Assembly (NCBI GenBank): GCA_964600575.1
Contig: CAZRJH010000001.1
Span: forward strand, 28,651 to 92,650
DNA from: an uncultured Gammaproteobacteria bacterium
Lineage (GTDB): Bacteria > Patescibacteriota > Microgenomatia > UBA8517
Direction: 5' to 3'
DNA: 64,000 nucleotides
Of this stretch, positions 36,511 through 45,681 are shown in pieces. The notes under the pieces are model-generated. The model made no database searches. It was given only the letters and a program-made list of their open reading frames with translations, and was not told the DNA's origin. The translations under genes and the position numbers were made by a program. The number at the start of each line of letters is the position of its first letter. The stretch's first letter is position 1.

Positions 36511-37611
36511 ATGAAAAATACAATCCAATGTCCCTACTGCAAAAAGGAGTTCGAGGCTACAGACGCCCTTAAACACAAAATAGAGGAAGAGCTAAAAGAG
36601 TCTTTGGAAAGGAAGTTTAAATCAGATTTGGAAGAAGCAAAGACAAATGCAGCCAAAGAGGCATCGGAAAAGGCAAATAAAGATTTAGATGCCGAACGCG
36701 AAAGGGGTAAAAAACTTACCCTGCAAATAGATGAGCTTTTGGGAGAAGTGAGAAAACTAAGGGAGAAAGACGAAGAACGGGAAATAGAGATGAAGAAAAA
36801 ACTCCTAGAAGAGGAAGAAAAAATCAAAAAGGATGCCAGGCAAAAGTCGGAGGATGAACACAAGCTTAAAGATTTAGAAAAGGATAAAAAACTTCAAGAC
36901 GCACTGGACCAGATAGAATCATTAAAAACAAAAATCCAACAAGGTTCGCAGCAAACTCAAGGTGAATCGCTTGAACTAGAGCTGGAAACCAAACTAAGAG
37001 GAGAGTTTCCAACTGATTTAATAAGCGAAGTCAAAAAAGGGCAAAGGGGTGCAGATATTTCCCAAGAAGTAATAGACAGAAACGGCAGAAACTGCGGAAA
37101 GATTTTATGGGAAAGTAAAAATGCGCAGTGGAGCGACGGATGGATAGATAAACTTAAAGAGGATCAAAGACAAGCTAAAGCCGATATTTCGGTATTGGTA
37201 TCTGTAAATCTTCCCCAAGGAGTAGAAAGTTTTTTGTACAAAAACGGAGTTTGGATTTGTGGCTGGAAATATTTTTTAGGGTTGGCTTTTGCCCTTAGAT
37301 ACAATTTGGTAAGTTTACATAACGAAAGAATAAGTAGTGAAGGCAAAGATGAAAAAATGAAGATTCTTTATGCATATCTAACGGGTTCGGAATTTAGAAA
37401 TAGAGTCTCGGGAATAGTTGACGCTTTTAGTAATCTACAAGAGGAATTAGAAAAAGAAAAAAGATACTTTAATGTTAAGTGGGCCAGACAGGAAAAAGAA
37501 ATAAGAAAAGTTATTGACCATACGCACGGGATGTATGGTGATCTACAGGCAGTTATCGGCAAAAGCCTACCAGAAATTAAAATTATGGAGCTTGGCGGTG
37601 GCGAAGAATAA
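36511..37611 (+). CDS. DUF2130-like protein (N-terminal Cys pair 'CPYCKK', long coiled coil, conserved C-terminal domain)
   Basis: 'RGADISQEVIDRNGRNCGKILWESKNAQWSDGWIDKLKEDQRQAKADISVLVS' and 'MYGDLQAVIGKSLPEI' resemble DUF2130. Confidence 0.5.
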   Translation: MKNTIQCPYCKKEFEATDALKHKIEEELKESLERKFKSDLEEAKTNAAKEASEKANKDLDAERERGKKLTLQIDELLGEVRKLREKDEEREIEMKKKLLEEEEKIKKDARQKSEDEHKLKDLEKDKKLQDALDQIESLKTKIQQGSQQTQGESLELELETKLRGEFPTDLISEVKKGQRGADISQEVIDRNGRNCGKILWESKNAQWSDGWIDKLKEDQRQAKADISVLVSVNLPQGVESFLYKNGVWICGWKYFLGLAFALRYNLVSLHNERISSEGKDEKMKILYAYLTGSEFRNRVSGIVDAFSNLQEELEKEKRYFNVKWARQEKEIRKVIDHTHGMYGDLQAVIGKSLPEIKIMELGGGEE

Positions 37612-37615
37612 TCGA

Positions 37616-38074
37616 ATGGAATCAAAAACACAGCGCTCTTCCAGACAAGTAATTGAACTAGATACAAATTACTTGGAAAGTACAACAGGTGCGGCTGTGG
37701 AGAGAATTAAAGGAGTTGTTGTTTTTACAGTTGATAACAGCAACAAAGATTCTTCAATTAAGGCTATTGCAAGTGTTTACGGGGATCAAACTTTGTTTAG
37801 AATAATAAACCCCATCTTTATTGATGACGCCTTGGAGCATGGAACAGATAGGGCTGATATTGATTCTTCGGACTTTAGACGACTTTTTCCTTGGTCTGGT
37901 TTGGATGTATGGCAGGTAGAAAAGAAGGCTACCAGGATGGGTGTTAAAAAATCAGATGTTATATTTGCTGATCCTTATAAGTTGGTAATAAAAGAAACTT
38001 CGTTGTTTGACGGCGAGGGGTGGCCCACCCCAGAGATAGATTTGCGGTTCTTATATATGATTCTGGGCAACTAA
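37616..38074 (+). CDS. hypothetical protein
   Basis: ATG at 37616 immediately after the DUF2130 stop. Overlaps the next ORF by 55 nt in a different frame. Confidence 0.4.
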   Translation: MESKTQRSSRQVIELDTNYLESTTGAAVERIKGVVVFTVDNSNKDSSIKAIASVYGDQTLFRIINPIFIDDALEHGTDRADIDSSDFRRLFPWSGLDVWQVEKKATRMGVKKSDVIFADPYKLVIKETSLFDGEGWPTPEIDLRFLYMILGN

Positions 38075-38628
38075 GAGAGTTGCCACGAACCGACGGATAC
38101 GTTTTCAAAAATCCGAACAATAAAAAAGCAGCACTTATCGGCATAATTAAGATTACAGAAGTTAGAAATAAAATTGACGATTTGGTGGATTCTCAAAAAA
38201 CTATAGACGGTAAATTGAGAGTTCTAGAGCGCGAAATTGAACATGAGTTAAATGTTCACGAAGATAAAAAGGTAATCCCTTACCTTGCATATCATGTAAA
38301 CAAACTTTTATATCATTTATACAAAGGTAAGCCCGAAGCCGGAAATGTAAGATACATAAAAAGACTTGGAGACATGGCCAAGAGAGTGGGTGAAAGAGTA
38401 AGAGCGATTGACTTTAATAAGAACATGCAGGACCAACTTGAGTACACCAAGCTTGCTTTTCTTAACAATGACAGACAGAGAATGTTTACACACGCCACTT
38501 GGCCCGATTTTGTAATCGAAACCATAAACCAACATAAAAAACAGAAAAAGGTGGAACCAAAAGACTTGAAAATATTAGACGAGATTTTGGAAGAAGCTAA
38601 ACTTGTTAAAAAACAGTTTGGGATTTAG
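38020..38628 (+). CDS. hypothetical protein; possible frameshifted continuation of 37616..38074
   Basis: Frame opens right after an in-frame stop at 38008 and has only a GTG start. Long overlap with the upstream ORF. Confidence 0.35.
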   Translation: MAHPRDRFAVLIYDSGQLRELPRTDGYVFKNPNNKKAALIGIIKITEVRNKIDDLVDSQKTIDGKLRVLEREIEHELNVHEDKKVIPYLAYHVNKLLYHLYKGKPEAGNVRYIKRLGDMAKRVGERVRAIDFNKNMQDQLEYTKLAFLNNDRQRMFTHATWPDFVIETINQHKKQKKVEPKDLKILDEILEEAKLVKKQFGI

Positions 38629-38674
38629 TCACCGACTCCAGCTCCTTCTGCCAATGACCATTTGTGGTGATATA

Positions 38675-38938
38675 TTACGAACCGTTTCGATCTTTCCAAT
38701 TCCACCACTTTAATAGTTCCTGTCTGGGATTTTTGGTTTCTGCAAAATAAACCGCACATCTAAAAACATATAAAACACACCTGTCTACATGTGCGCCCAC
38801 TCTGTTCATAAGAGCCTTATACATAATCTCCGGGTTTTTACCTTTTAAGTCCTCTATTTTTTTAATTCCTATGCTTTTTAAGTCTTTTGCAATACTTTTA
38901 CCTACTCCGGGGATTTTCTGAAGAGGATCAAGGTTCAT
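38675..38938 (-). CDS. helix-hairpin-helix small protein (Cdd1/TfoX-C-like); start placed at 'MNLDPLQKIPGVGK'
   Basis: 'LQKIPGVGKSIAKDLKSIGIKKIEDLKGKNPEIMYKAL' is an HhH motif. My coordinate arithmetic around 38936-38939 is uncertain by 1 nt. Confidence 0.45.
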   Translation of the reverse strand: MNLDPLQKIPGVGKSIAKDLKSIGIKKIEDLKGKNPEIMYKALMNRVGAHVDRCVLYVFRCAVYFAETKNPRQELLKWWNWKDRNGS

Positions 38939-38999
38939 TTTTAAAAGTTTGAAGATTCTAACATAAAATTTAGGAATTATTTGACCCGAATCGTATAAT

Positions 39000-39722
39000 A
39001 TGGCCATGAACGAACAAAAAGGTGGAAGAGACTTTGGAACGGGTACTTTCTTGGGTGATAACGGGCAAGACTTTTTTTCTAAACCCATAGAAGTCCAAGT
39101 GGAAGAAATGGGTTGGTCTCATGCCTGCCCTGTTGTTGATGAAGTTGTGTCTAAACACGGCGCCGAATGGACCCTTAAAAGATACGCAGAATGCAATTTT
39201 GTTTACGGGGTTATATTAGAAACAGCCCAAAAGTTTAACCCAAACTTGTATCAAAGACTAACGGAACCTGTAAAACGCATGGTGTCGGAGGTTCCCGGCA
39301 GAAGTTTTAATATGCGTTTTATTCCCCAAGACTTTCCCAAAGAAATGTCTCCGCTTTCCACACCATGGGGATATGCACTACCTAGGGTGATTATAGAAGA
39401 AATGGGCAGAGGCGAGAATAATAAAGATAGAACGGAGCTTAGAATCTTAAGAGCTCTAAGCATTATAGAAAGTGGTGTCAAAAAGTCCAAATCGCCCGTT
39501 GAGCTTTTAGTTAGAACCGCAGAAATGGTTACACACTTGGACGCAGACCCCAAAACAGTGCTTTCCCATGTTTTGTCTCAAGGAATTTTAGAAGAAGAAG
39601 GAACAAAGATTGCTTTTGGAGAGATAAAAAGGAGAATCGGTCAATGGGCCCCAAACCTCAAAAAAACCTATGATTCAATGACAAGCGAAGAAAGAATCGA
39701 GTTGGGCATAATAAACTTCTAA
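39000..39722 (+). CDS. hypothetical protein (ORFan)
   Basis: 240-aa ORF, no recognisable motif. Confidence 0.4.
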   Translation: MAMNEQKGGRDFGTGTFLGDNGQDFFSKPIEVQVEEMGWSHACPVVDEVVSKHGAEWTLKRYAECNFVYGVILETAQKFNPNLYQRLTEPVKRMVSEVPGRSFNMRFIPQDFPKEMSPLSTPWGYALPRVIIEEMGRGENNKDRTELRILRALSIIESGVKKSKSPVELLVRTAEMVTHLDADPKTVLSHVLSQGILEEEGTKIAFGEIKRRIGQWAPNLKKTYDSMTSEERIELGIINF

Positions 39723-39742
39723 CGGGTGTATAATACCAACAT

Positions 39743-40630
39743 ATGACAGAATCCAAGCAGAGCGACGGTATGCTTTTCTATGCTACAGAAAAGTCCAGAC
39801 CCGAAAATGATGCGCGAGCCCAACAAATGCTGGCCACGCTTAGAAGTTTTGATCAAAGGCCATACCCCAGGCAGGATGGTGATCCTGATCTTTCGGTTTT
39901 GATAGCCGAAATTCCTCAAACGGGTTGGTTAACAAACAACGAGTTTAGTGAGTATAGGATAGGCAAGAACACCCTAATCAGAATTGACAGCGATGGGGTA
40001 ACCCACGCTCTTAATCCGCTAGACCACCCCGAAGGGGCCTTTAACTATGCACGCTTAGAAAAAGACTTGCCAACATCAAAGTCCAAAAAACGAAGCAAGG
40101 AAGTGGTGACAAACATTCACTGTGATCCCGGGAAGTTTAGTTATGTCACCGTTTTAGATAAAAAGAATACGGAAACCAGATACACGCTAATTCCTAAAAA
40201 GGTCGAAGATAGGCCAAAAGTTGAAGAAAAGAAAATAAGAAAAGAGGATTCGGAAGTTAGGCAAATATTTAGAATTTGGGTTTCTGACTTATTTAAAAAT
40301 ACCACCAGTAATCCCGAGGCTGCTAACTATCTAACTTTAGCCTATATTTTGGGTTCGGTTCCAAAAGAAGGGTGGACGGACAATGAAAATGATGATAAAG
40401 AAATTAGAAACGATTATTCCAATACGGATAGCGAAGGAAATATTCACAGGGTGGTGGTTAAAAAAGACGGCACTCTTAAATACGATGTTCATAGAACCAA
40501 AAAATATCTGGAGGAACATTCAAAACCGGGAGATATTGTGGTATCAAATATTGAAACATCGATGAAAAAATGTGATGTTGAAATCTTGCACTCTGGGGAA
40601 CCAAAGTCGGTTTCTTTTGAACTAGGGTAA
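39743..40630 (+). CDS. hypothetical protein (ORFan)
   Basis: 295-aa ORF, no recognisable motif. Confidence 0.4.
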   Translation: MTESKQSDGMLFYATEKSRPENDARAQQMLATLRSFDQRPYPRQDGDPDLSVLIAEIPQTGWLTNNEFSEYRIGKNTLIRIDSDGVTHALNPLDHPEGAFNYARLEKDLPTSKSKKRSKEVVTNIHCDPGKFSYVTVLDKKNTETRYTLIPKKVEDRPKVEEKKIRKEDSEVRQIFRIWVSDLFKNTTSNPEAANYLTLAYILGSVPKEGWTDNENDDKEIRNDYSNTDSEGNIHRVVVKKDGTLKYDVHRTKKYLEEHSKPGDIVVSNIETSMKKCDVEILHSGEPKSVSFELG

Positions 40631-40631
40631 A

Positions 40632-41822
40632 TTATTTTAGAGCTACCACAAGCCCCTTTTTGGGTAAAACCAGACCTACTTCTTTTGCAGTTTTATAACC
40701 TCCGTCAACTGCTAGGATACGATCTTGAGTATCTGTAAGTGCAAACGTTTTTCCACCGTCTATTGCGGTGTAGATGCCCTTTGACTCAACTTCGGCATCT
40801 GCCAAATTTTGTATTTGATATTCCCATGTCATAGGCATCAATTTAGACATCCAAAGATCGGATTTAACGGAGTCCGGAATCGGCATCGATCCCATGCTGG
40901 TTTCTACAACAACTGTTTTGCCGTTAACGGGCATGGAATCCAGGTTTTTTTGAAAGTTTTTAGTTGTTCCATCCGAAGCAAAATAATATTTTGCATTCGA
41001 CAAATACACCAAAGATAGAGAAAGTTTCCTTTTTCTTAGATCATCTGCGATACCCGGCATACTCTTTTTGCCCGTAAGATCGCCCATTACGGAGACGATT
41101 TTACCGTTCTCATACATTGTGATTATTTGTTGCAAGTTTTTTTCGTCCGAAATCCAAGACTTGTAGTCTTTTTGTCTATTTTTGAACTTTAAATAGTGTT
41201 CTACTTGTGCAGGGGAGTCGGCTTCGGTGGTTTTCTCACCCGAGGCTTTAACCTTGTCTGTTAGGGTTTTGCCAAGTATGTTCAGTTCGTCTTTGGTGAA
41301 CTCTGTGCTTAGCATCTGCAAGGTTGCAGGAACATTTCTTTGATCAAAATAAGCAATATATTCTTTTGGTGTGGGGTATTTACCTGATAGCTTGTGGTGT
41401 TTTCTGCCGATTTCCAATAGAGCCCTTGTAGTAATTGCTACCGACGGCTGAACATCTACAATGTAAACTTCTTTAAGCTTTGAGTTAACTGCAATGTCCA
41501 GCATCTGGTCTAACCCCACCCCCATTCCCGCACCGTCGGAATCTTTGATATAGGGAAAAACTTCATATAATGATGCTTCGTTGGAAACCGTATTGTGGGA
41601 GACTTCTAAATGTTCTTTGGGGTCATCATAATCTTTTTTGCCGAAGATGGGGGATCTTTCCTTGTTTTTTTTTAAACCTTCAGAGAGTTTATAGATATGT
41701 GTTTGTTTTTCTTCGTCCAAAACCGTTTTTGCGGCCTCTTTTGCACCCGCTTGCCTTAGTTCCGACAAATTTCTGGCTAAATTGTTCCTATATTCTTGTG
41801 TAGGTGTTTCTGTTTCTGCCAT
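40632..41822 (-). CDS. hypothetical protein (ORFan)
   Basis: 396-aa ORF, no recognisable motif. Confidence 0.4.
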   Translation of the reverse strand: MAETETPTQEYRNNLARNLSELRQAGAKEAAKTVLDEEKQTHIYKLSEGLKKNKERSPIFGKKDYDDPKEHLEVSHNTVSNEASLYEVFPYIKDSDGAGMGVGLDQMLDIAVNSKLKEVYIVDVQPSVAITTRALLEIGRKHHKLSGKYPTPKEYIAYFDQRNVPATLQMLSTEFTKDELNILGKTLTDKVKASGEKTTEADSPAQVEHYLKFKNRQKDYKSWISDEKNLQQIITMYENGKIVSVMGDLTGKKSMPGIADDLRKRKLSLSLVYLSNAKYYFASDGTTKNFQKNLDSMPVNGKTVVVETSMGSMPIPDSVKSDLWMSKLMPMTWEYQIQNLADAEVESKGIYTAIDGGKTFALTDTQDRILAVDGGYKTAKEVGLVLPKKGLVVALK

Positions 41823-41855
41823 TTAGTAGATACTAGCACTTTAGAAATATTTTTT

Positions 41856-42302
41856 TTAAGAAGAAATATAAGGGAGCATTAAATTAAATAAACGATCGTT
41901 CGTTAAAAGTTGTCGCATTATGTTTGTATTACGCTCTTCTGCTTTACCCAAAAACGTCCACAACGGATCTTTATCGTTCATTACACTTTCTTGTACAGCT
42001 TGGAACAGTTCTCCGTTTAATTTTCCGGACTCCGCCGCTTCTTCTAGTGCGCGATAAGCCAAAATATAAGTAGCTCCTGTGGGTATTGTTTTGTGTGCTC
42101 TTTGAAAAACAGTACTCAAAGTTTCTTGGGTTAGTTCGCCAGACCTAACCAATGTACGAACAGCCAAAGAACAACTTGCGATTTCTTCCCCAAAGCCCAT
42201 TAGGTTCCTGGATTCCGCAAATTGTGCATTGAATTCTTTTATTTGCTCTTCTGCAGAAGAATTTGATTCATCAAATTCTTGGGGAAATTCGTGTTTAGAC
42301 AT
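41856..42302 (-). CDS. hypothetical protein (ORFan), co-directional with 40632..41822
   Basis: 148-aa ORF, 33-nt gap to the downstream gene. Confidence 0.4.
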   Translation of the reverse strand: MSKHEFPQEFDESNSSAEEQIKEFNAQFAESRNLMGFGEEIASCSLAVRTLVRSGELTQETLSTVFQRAHKTIPTGATYILAYRALEEAAESGKLNGELFQAVQESVMNDKDPLWTFLGKAEERNTNIMRQLLTNDRLFNLMLPYISS

Positions 42303-42467
42303 TTGGGGAAGTATAACATTTTTGTAAAAGTGTAAAAGTCGGTTTGATTCTTGCTGTGAGTGGTATACTCGAGCTACCGAATGGTCTCTTTGATAAACGT
42401 ACCTTTTAAGGGAGCTGATGGCACATTGTGATCCATCTTAGCCACAGGGATCGTTTTTAAAAATATT

Positions 42468-43037
42468 ATGTGTCATTTATCTGCAAATTTTTTGAGTGAT
42501 TTTTGGCCAAATTTTTGGTCGAACTTAATAGCAGATGGTTTAATTATTGGAGTTGCAACGTTTTTACTTACAAGGCACTTTAGCAAAAAGGATGAAAAAC
42601 AAAAAGAAATAGCCAAAGAAAGCGAAAGAAGAGAAAAACTAAAAATTGCCGCTAATATGCTATGGGCTGAAGTAGAACACAACAGAAAACAACTTAAACT
42701 AATAATATCTAACTTAAGCCAAAGACCAAAACCAAACATTGTGTATCCAGCTTTAGAAGTGTCAGCCTGGGAAATTATTGATAGGCAACTCTTAATTGAT
42801 GGTCTCAAACTAAAGGATTTTGCAAATCTTCACAAGATTTATAACAGAACATACACCATTAATAAGATGTATTACACCATGCTAGATAAAATTGAATGGA
42901 TTCTGTTAGGAAAAGATTCAACAGTTAGAAAAGAATACGTGGATGGAATTATTGAACGTTCCAAAGAATTATTGGAATACATTGGGGAGGTGTTTCCCAC
43001 CGAGTTCATCAAGGAAAAGATGAAAAATAAGAAATAG
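42468..43037 (+). CDS. hypothetical membrane-anchored coiled-coil protein
   Basis: N-terminal TM 'LIADGLIIGVATFLL', then a charged 'KKDEKQKEIAKESERREKLK' segment. Confidence 0.4.
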   Translation: MCHLSANFLSDFWPNFWSNLIADGLIIGVATFLLTRHFSKKDEKQKEIAKESERREKLKIAANMLWAEVEHNRKQLKLIISNLSQRPKPNIVYPALEVSAWEIIDRQLLIDGLKLKDFANLHKIYNRTYTINKMYYTMLDKIEWILLGKDSTVRKEYVDGIIERSKELLEYIGEVFPTEFIKEKMKNKK

Positions 43038-43164
43038 GTCCGACTCCAGTTGCCAGTATCTAAATTCTCCAGGCTAACTCCAAAAAACGAAAAAACCTGG
43101 CTCGCACCAGGCTAAATCTTGATTTCTAGGCTAATTTTAATGAAGTTGTAAAACCATTACCGTA

Positions 43165-43238
43165 TGGAGCGGGATACGGGAGTCGGACCCGTTTTTATAC
43201 CTTGGGAAGGTATCGTTAGACCGTTTAACTAATCCCGC
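43165..43238 (-). tRNA. tRNA-Gly (anticodon CCC)
   Basis: Minus-strand cloverleaf: acceptor GCGGGAT/ATCCCGC, discriminator U, D arm GTTA-AACGGTC-TAAC, anticodon stem ATACC/GGTAT with loop TTCCCAA (CCC), 4-nt variable loop, T arm ACGGG-TCCGACT-CCCGT (C at position 55, atypical). CCA encoded. Confidence 0.55.
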
Positions 43239-43282
43239 GTTAAAAGGTGATTATACCATTCGAATTTTTGCACAGCCAAAAT

Positions 43283-43534
43283 TTATTTATTTTTGAGTTG
43301 GTCAAAATAGTCCTGCGAGATAACGCCTTCTTTAACAAGAGTTTTGAGCACTCTTCTTGCGGATTTGTGGATTGCGGGGATATCACTTCTAAATGCAGTT
43401 TCCACTTCCGTAAGACCTTCGCGGAAAGGCTTTCCACCCATATGATATAGCTTTCCTATTTTTTTGACGGTTACAAAATCAACTCCTGTAAACTGAGAAT
43501 CCCCTTCGTTGCCTATGTTTCCATTTTCAGCCAT
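43283..43534 (-). CDS. hypothetical small protein
   Basis: 83-aa ORF, no family recognised. Confidence 0.35.
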   Translation of the reverse strand: MAENGNIGNEGDSQFTGVDFVTVKKIGKLYHMGGKPFREGLTEVETAFRSDIPAIHKSARRVLKTLVKEGVISQDYFDQLKNK

Positions 43535-43549
43535 ACAACATTCTAAACT

Positions 43550-44161
43550 TTATTTTGTAACTCTTACAAGATATGTTAGCCATGAATGTGCAGGAGTTCC
43601 TGTTGTGATTTTTTGACTCAAAATATCAAAACCGTTAACGGATAAAATTTCAACAAATTCTTTTTGGCTGTAGTAGCGAAAATAATACCCTGTTTTTGGG
43701 TCGATTCCGTCGCCTTCGCCTTCTTTTACACTTATAAAACCGACGCCTTTGTTTTTCGTGACACGTACAATCTCTCCAAGTGTCGGCTTTGGATTTTCTA
43801 AATGCAAAAGCGCAGCAGATGCCCAAAAACCGTCGAAACTGTTTTCGGCATATGCCATATTCTGCATATTCATTCGCAACAACAAAGACTCCGGGTTTAG
43901 TTCTTTGGCGATACCAAGCATTGTCTTTGAATAATCAAAAGACAAAACACGATAACCGACATTTTTAAGATATGTTCCGTCGGTTGCAGGACCGCAACCG
44001 ATTTCCAATATCTTGGATCCGGGTAAAAGATAACCTTGCATTTCTATAAGGTTTTCGGCCCAAAAATGCTTTCTATCTTTACCTCCAGAAAACTTTAACC
44101 ACTCCAAAGCCTTTTCGTCGTAACGAACTTTTGTTAGATGTTCGTTTTCCGTTAGACTCAT
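43550..44161 (-). CDS. class I SAM-dependent methyltransferase
   Basis: 'ILEIGCGPATDGTYL' (motif I), 'VLSFDYS', 'FDGFWASAALLHL'. Confidence 0.8.
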   Translation of the reverse strand: MSLTENEHLTKVRYDEKALEWLKFSGGKDRKHFWAENLIEMQGYLLPGSKILEIGCGPATDGTYLKNVGYRVLSFDYSKTMLGIAKELNPESLLLRMNMQNMAYAENSFDGFWASAALLHLENPKPTLGEIVRVTKNKGVGFISVKEGEGDGIDPKTGYYFRYYSQKEFVEILSVNGFDILSQKITTGTPAHSWLTYLVRVTK

Positions 44162-44164
44162 TTA

Positions 44165-44704
44165 CTATCTAGGTAATGTTAAAACGTTCCCAACATGCAA
44201 CAAATTGGGATTAACCAACTTATTAGCTTTTGCAATTTCTACCCATTTATAACCGTCTCCGTATGACCTTACTGCTATTTTCCAAAGGCTGTCACCTTTT
44301 TCGATGGTGTAAGAATTTTGAGAAATCGCTGATGTTTTATCTAAAACTGAAACTACTTTTGTAGCGGTAGGTTTTTTGGCTGAGACTTCTGGAATGGTTA
44401 GCTTTTGTCCAACTTCCAGTTTTTGACTGGTTAGTTTGTTAGCAGAATAAATGTCAACCCAGTTGTATCCGGATCCGTAAGAATCTTCCGCTATAGACCA
44501 AAGTGTTTCCCCCTTTGTAACTACATGATCGCTGGTTATCTCGGTTTTAGAATTATTATTGGTTATTATTTCTCCTTTTTTATCTTTAAAGTAATTAACA
44601 ACTAAAACTCCGGTAACAATTACTACCAACGCACCCAAAAACATGCTGATTTCACTTTCGTTAAGCTTTAGGGTTTTGAGGAACTTTTGTAAATTAAATT
44701 TCAA
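44165..44704 (-). CDS. membrane-anchored protein with two LysM domains
   Basis: 'HVVTKGETLWSIAEDSYGSGYNWVDIYSANKL...GQKLTIP' and 'YTIEKGDSLWKIAVRSYGDGYKWVEIAKANKL...GNVLTLP'. Confidence 0.85.
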   Translation of the reverse strand: MKFNLQKFLKTLKLNESEISMFLGALVVIVTGVLVVNYFKDKKGEIITNNNSKTEITSDHVVTKGETLWSIAEDSYGSGYNWVDIYSANKLTSQKLEVGQKLTIPEVSAKKPTATKVVSVLDKTSAISQNSYTIEKGDSLWKIAVRSYGDGYKWVEIAKANKLVNPNLLHVGNVLTLPR

Positions 44705-44804
44705 ATAAATTCACCGCCTTTCGCCTTCGATTATGTTTGGGAGGTGAACAGGGCAGTTTCGAATTAGTTGAATTTACTGGAGGGAAGTTGCTCCGTCAAG
44801 GGGA

Positions 44805-44851
44805 TTTTGAAAAATAAAAAACCTCCGGTTGGATTTGATTCCTTCCGGAGG
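44805..44851 (-). terminator. rho-independent terminator (CCTCCGG - 16 nt - CCGGAGG followed by a U-run on the minus strand)
   Basis: Read directly; lies immediately downstream of stop 44857 of the Cys-rich gene pair. Confidence 0.65.
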
Positions 44852-44856
44852 CAGAC

Positions 44857-45057
44857 TTACGATTCGCGATAAAGCGAATAACCTTCCCGTTTTTCGTACA
44901 AAACATCAGTTTCGTTTGGTCCGACCTGGCAATCGTCTACAATCACATATGCTTTTGGTGTGATTGCTGCAATCTCCATCGCTGTGTCGAAAGGTAACTT
45001 TATGAGTTTTGCACAATCAAACGATTCACATTCGCAGAATACTTCGATTGTTTCCAT
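44857..45057 (-). CDS. small Cys-rich protein, paralog A (CEC-x4-C ... DDC); start placed at 'METIEVFCEC'
   Basis: Aligns with paralog B: 'IEVFCECESFDCAKLIKLPFDTAMEIAAITPKAYVIVDDCQVGPNETDVL..GYSLY'. Confidence 0.5.
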   Translation of the reverse strand: METIEVFCECESFDCAKLIKLPFDTAMEIAAITPKAYVIVDDCQVGPNETDVLYEKREGYSLYRES

Positions 45058-45274
45058 CGAACTCTTTCTCCGTTTGGTTTCTGATGTAAACGGTATACCC
45101 GTCACCTTCCGAGGACAGAGTATCGGTTGCTTTGGGACCCGTTACGCATTCGTCGATGATGACAGTTGCCCCGGCAACAGTTGTAATTTCCTGCACAAGG
45201 TCAACCGAGAGTCTCACCGAAAGTTTGCATTCGGGGTCGCCGCACTCGCATATCACATTGATTGTTGAAACCAT
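45026..45274 (-). CDS. small Cys-rich protein, paralog B
   Basis: 'INVICECGDPECKLSVRLSVDLVQEITTVAGATVIIDECVTGPKATDTL..GYTVY'. Its 3' end overlaps paralog A's start by about 32 nt. Confidence 0.5.
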   Translation of the reverse strand: MVSTINVICECGDPECKLSVRLSVDLVQEITTVAGATVIIDECVTGPKATDTLSSEGDGYTVYIRNQTEKEFDGNNRSILRM

Positions 45275-45297
45275 TGGTGCTCCTTAGAAAATGTTTT

Positions 45298-45612
45298 TCA
45301 CGAGGTTTCGCTCATGTTATCGGATGGATAGAGGTTGTAGGTTATCGTTCCGCTTAAAAATTCTTTGCCGCTTGCAGGCTTGAATGTCGCGGTAACGGCG
45401 CCGTTGTGGTTTCCGTTCTGGTCCCAGAGAAGGGAGTTGAAAGTGTGGGTATTGTCGGTGATCGAATGTTCAGAACATCCGCGCAATATCACTTTCACCT
45501 GCTCTTCGCCCTCTTTGGCTAAAAAGTCGATGCTCTCTCCGCGAACCAAAAGTTTGTCCAGAAGGTCGACCCAAAGGTTGTCAAACTTAAGGGTTATGGT
45601 TCTGTAGCCCAT
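45298..45612 (-). CDS. hypothetical protein
   Basis: 104-aa ORF. Confidence 0.35.
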   Translation of the reverse strand: MGYRTITLKFDNLWVDLLDKLLVRGESIDFLAKEGEEQVKVILRGCSEHSITDNTHTFNSLLWDQNGNHNGAVTATFKPASGKEFLSGTITYNLYPSDNMSETS

Positions 45613-45681
45613 TGTGAACTCCTTAAAACAAGAATGTGCTAACTCGTCAAGAGCAGATACTACACCGCCCCGTGGACGAGG

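Noticed and set aside
38629-43060. Shared 'CCGACTCCAG' decamer just after the stops of genes ending at 38628 and 43037, also complementary to part of the tRNA-Gly T arm
   Set aside because: It is only 10-11 nt, with no extended conservation. It is too short to distinguish from chance.
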